64,000 nt of DNA from Polymyxa betae A26-41 (taxonomy: Eukaryota; Protista; Endomyxa: Phytomyxea). The first letter of the stretch is position 1; each line of letters opens with the position of its first letter. The translations under genes and the position numbers were made by a program. The stretch lies in assembly GCA_003693705.1 (NCBI GenBank), contig RBZT01000219.1:1-64000 (forward strand). The letters run 5' to 3'. This document shows positions 62,823 to 64,000 of this stretch, in pieces. The notes beneath the pieces were generated by a model. It saw only the letters and a list, made by a program, of their open reading frames with translations. It was not told the origin of the DNA and did no database searches.

Positions 62823-63971
62823 ATGGCGCCGTTTCGGCCGAAATCAGCGCTGGGCGCGTCTGTATCACAGGCTCAGCTACCTGTTGTACCATCACGTCCA
62901 AAGACATCATTACTGCAACGTTCTTCGAAATCTGAGACGACCTTATCCATGCCTGGCAATGCTGATCCCCGTAGGGCACCGCCACCGCCTCGCCTACAAC
63001 GCTCCGAGTCGGCGAAATTTCGTCGGCAGCGATCGGCAGCTGGACGTCGTTTGATCTCATGCCTGAATGATGAATGTCCTGGGATATCAAACAGTGTCAG
63101 ATTCCTTCCACGACATCAGATTCATGATAGACGTTTCTATCGATGCAATCAAGAGAATTTCTGGAATAACATCTGGCGAGTTCCAAAATCACGTTTAAAG
63201 TATTTGACACCAATTGTTAACAATCAATGTATGTCTAGATGTATGTACCAGATCACAATATTTAATTCAACAGATGCCATCGATGCAATTGACGCCCGAT
63301 TTCATGAACAACGCGACGACGATAAAGATGAGGAGCGTCTGCGTCGTGAACGTCATGATGAGATTCTATCACAATTCCGAGTGCAACGATTGAAGAATGT
63401 AAAGCGTGATCTTCGTTGTAGGTATCCTACTACATGTTTGGCTGGTAGAAGAGAACCTTTAGCTATTCGAATATACAAGACAGAATCAGCAGCTGCTCTT
63501 CATCAGAAACAGGTCGGTGTTTCATTATCATCAACAGAATAGTTGCTGATAAAGATCGAGGTTAGATCTGTGATAGATTATCACATCCACGACAACGTCG
63601 AAACCGTCCTGAATGTTCAAGTTCCGATATGATAGAATATCGTGGTCTTATTGTTGGTGATGATATTGATTATTTCTACAAAGATCAATATGATACAACT
63701 AATGCAGCTCTGGCATATGCTCATGATGTTTATCGATCTATGTTTCCAGACCAGGAGAAGTTTGTGAAATAGGTCGAGGTCACATTACCGAGCTGACATA
63801 CATTCTAGGATGCAAGAGACAAATGATGAAATGGAAGTGCACGAGGGCCGACCTGTCAGGTGTCTGAGGCGACGTCAAAGCACCGGATCAATAACCAAGA
63901 TCGCGGATGAGACACGACGGGAACTGAATGATTTCGAGACGCGGCTGATTATTGCCAATAGAGGGGGTTAG
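62823..63971 (+). CDS. Hypothetical basic protein, probably 3 exons
   Basis: A 239-aa first ORF; plausible GT-AG introns at about 63513-63566 and 63760-63808 give a continuous frame to TAG at 63971. Confidence 0.55.
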
Positions 63972-64000
63972 CTAACAGCCATAATAGAGAGCGGTAGAAA

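Noticed and set aside
63821-63868. ATGATGA...CTGA resembling a C/D-box snoRNA
   Set aside because: Too short, and it lies within a plausible coding exon.
1-64000. tRNA, rRNA, CRISPR arrays or prokaryotic operons
   Set aside because: None were recognisable by eye; the pervasive spliceosomal introns show this is eukaryotic nuclear DNA.

Overview
This is a gene-dense eukaryotic window of moderate GC content. Most genes are split by many short (about 45-60 nt) GT-AG introns, so the ORF track shows them as fragments. The architecture resembles a compact protist parasite genome, possibly plasmodiophorid-like; this is inference only. The window opens inside an intronless Crypton-type tyrosine recombinase ORF on the minus strand, which the ORF track missed. 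Recognisable housekeeping genes are a PWWP protein, PP5, a protein kinase, an MPHOSPH9-like protein, NF-YC, INTS11, a SWIM-RING protein, a ZnT5/7-type CDF transporter, TMEM50/Vps68, TRAPPC8, a 4E-T-like protein, BCP/PrxQ, a ZNF830-like protein, NBAS/Sec39, a JmjC protein, phosphatidylserine decarboxylase, a C2H2 zinc-finger protein, GOS1 and guanylate kinase. Four features stand out. (1) An intact, intron-containing gene at 43004-45040 encodes a bacterial restriction-modification-type amino-DNA methyltransferase with no nuclease domain. (2) An intronless island at about 12.6-18.7 kb holds three intact paralogues and one frameshifted copy of an unknown secreted family, each with a signal peptide followed by a chloroplast-transit-peptide-like segment. 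(3) An intron-containing, bacterial-type soluble transhydrogenase (SthA)-like gene has degenerate catalytic motifs. (4) The Crypton recombinase itself. All exon boundaries and family assignments were made by eye and from recalled motifs; no database search was run.
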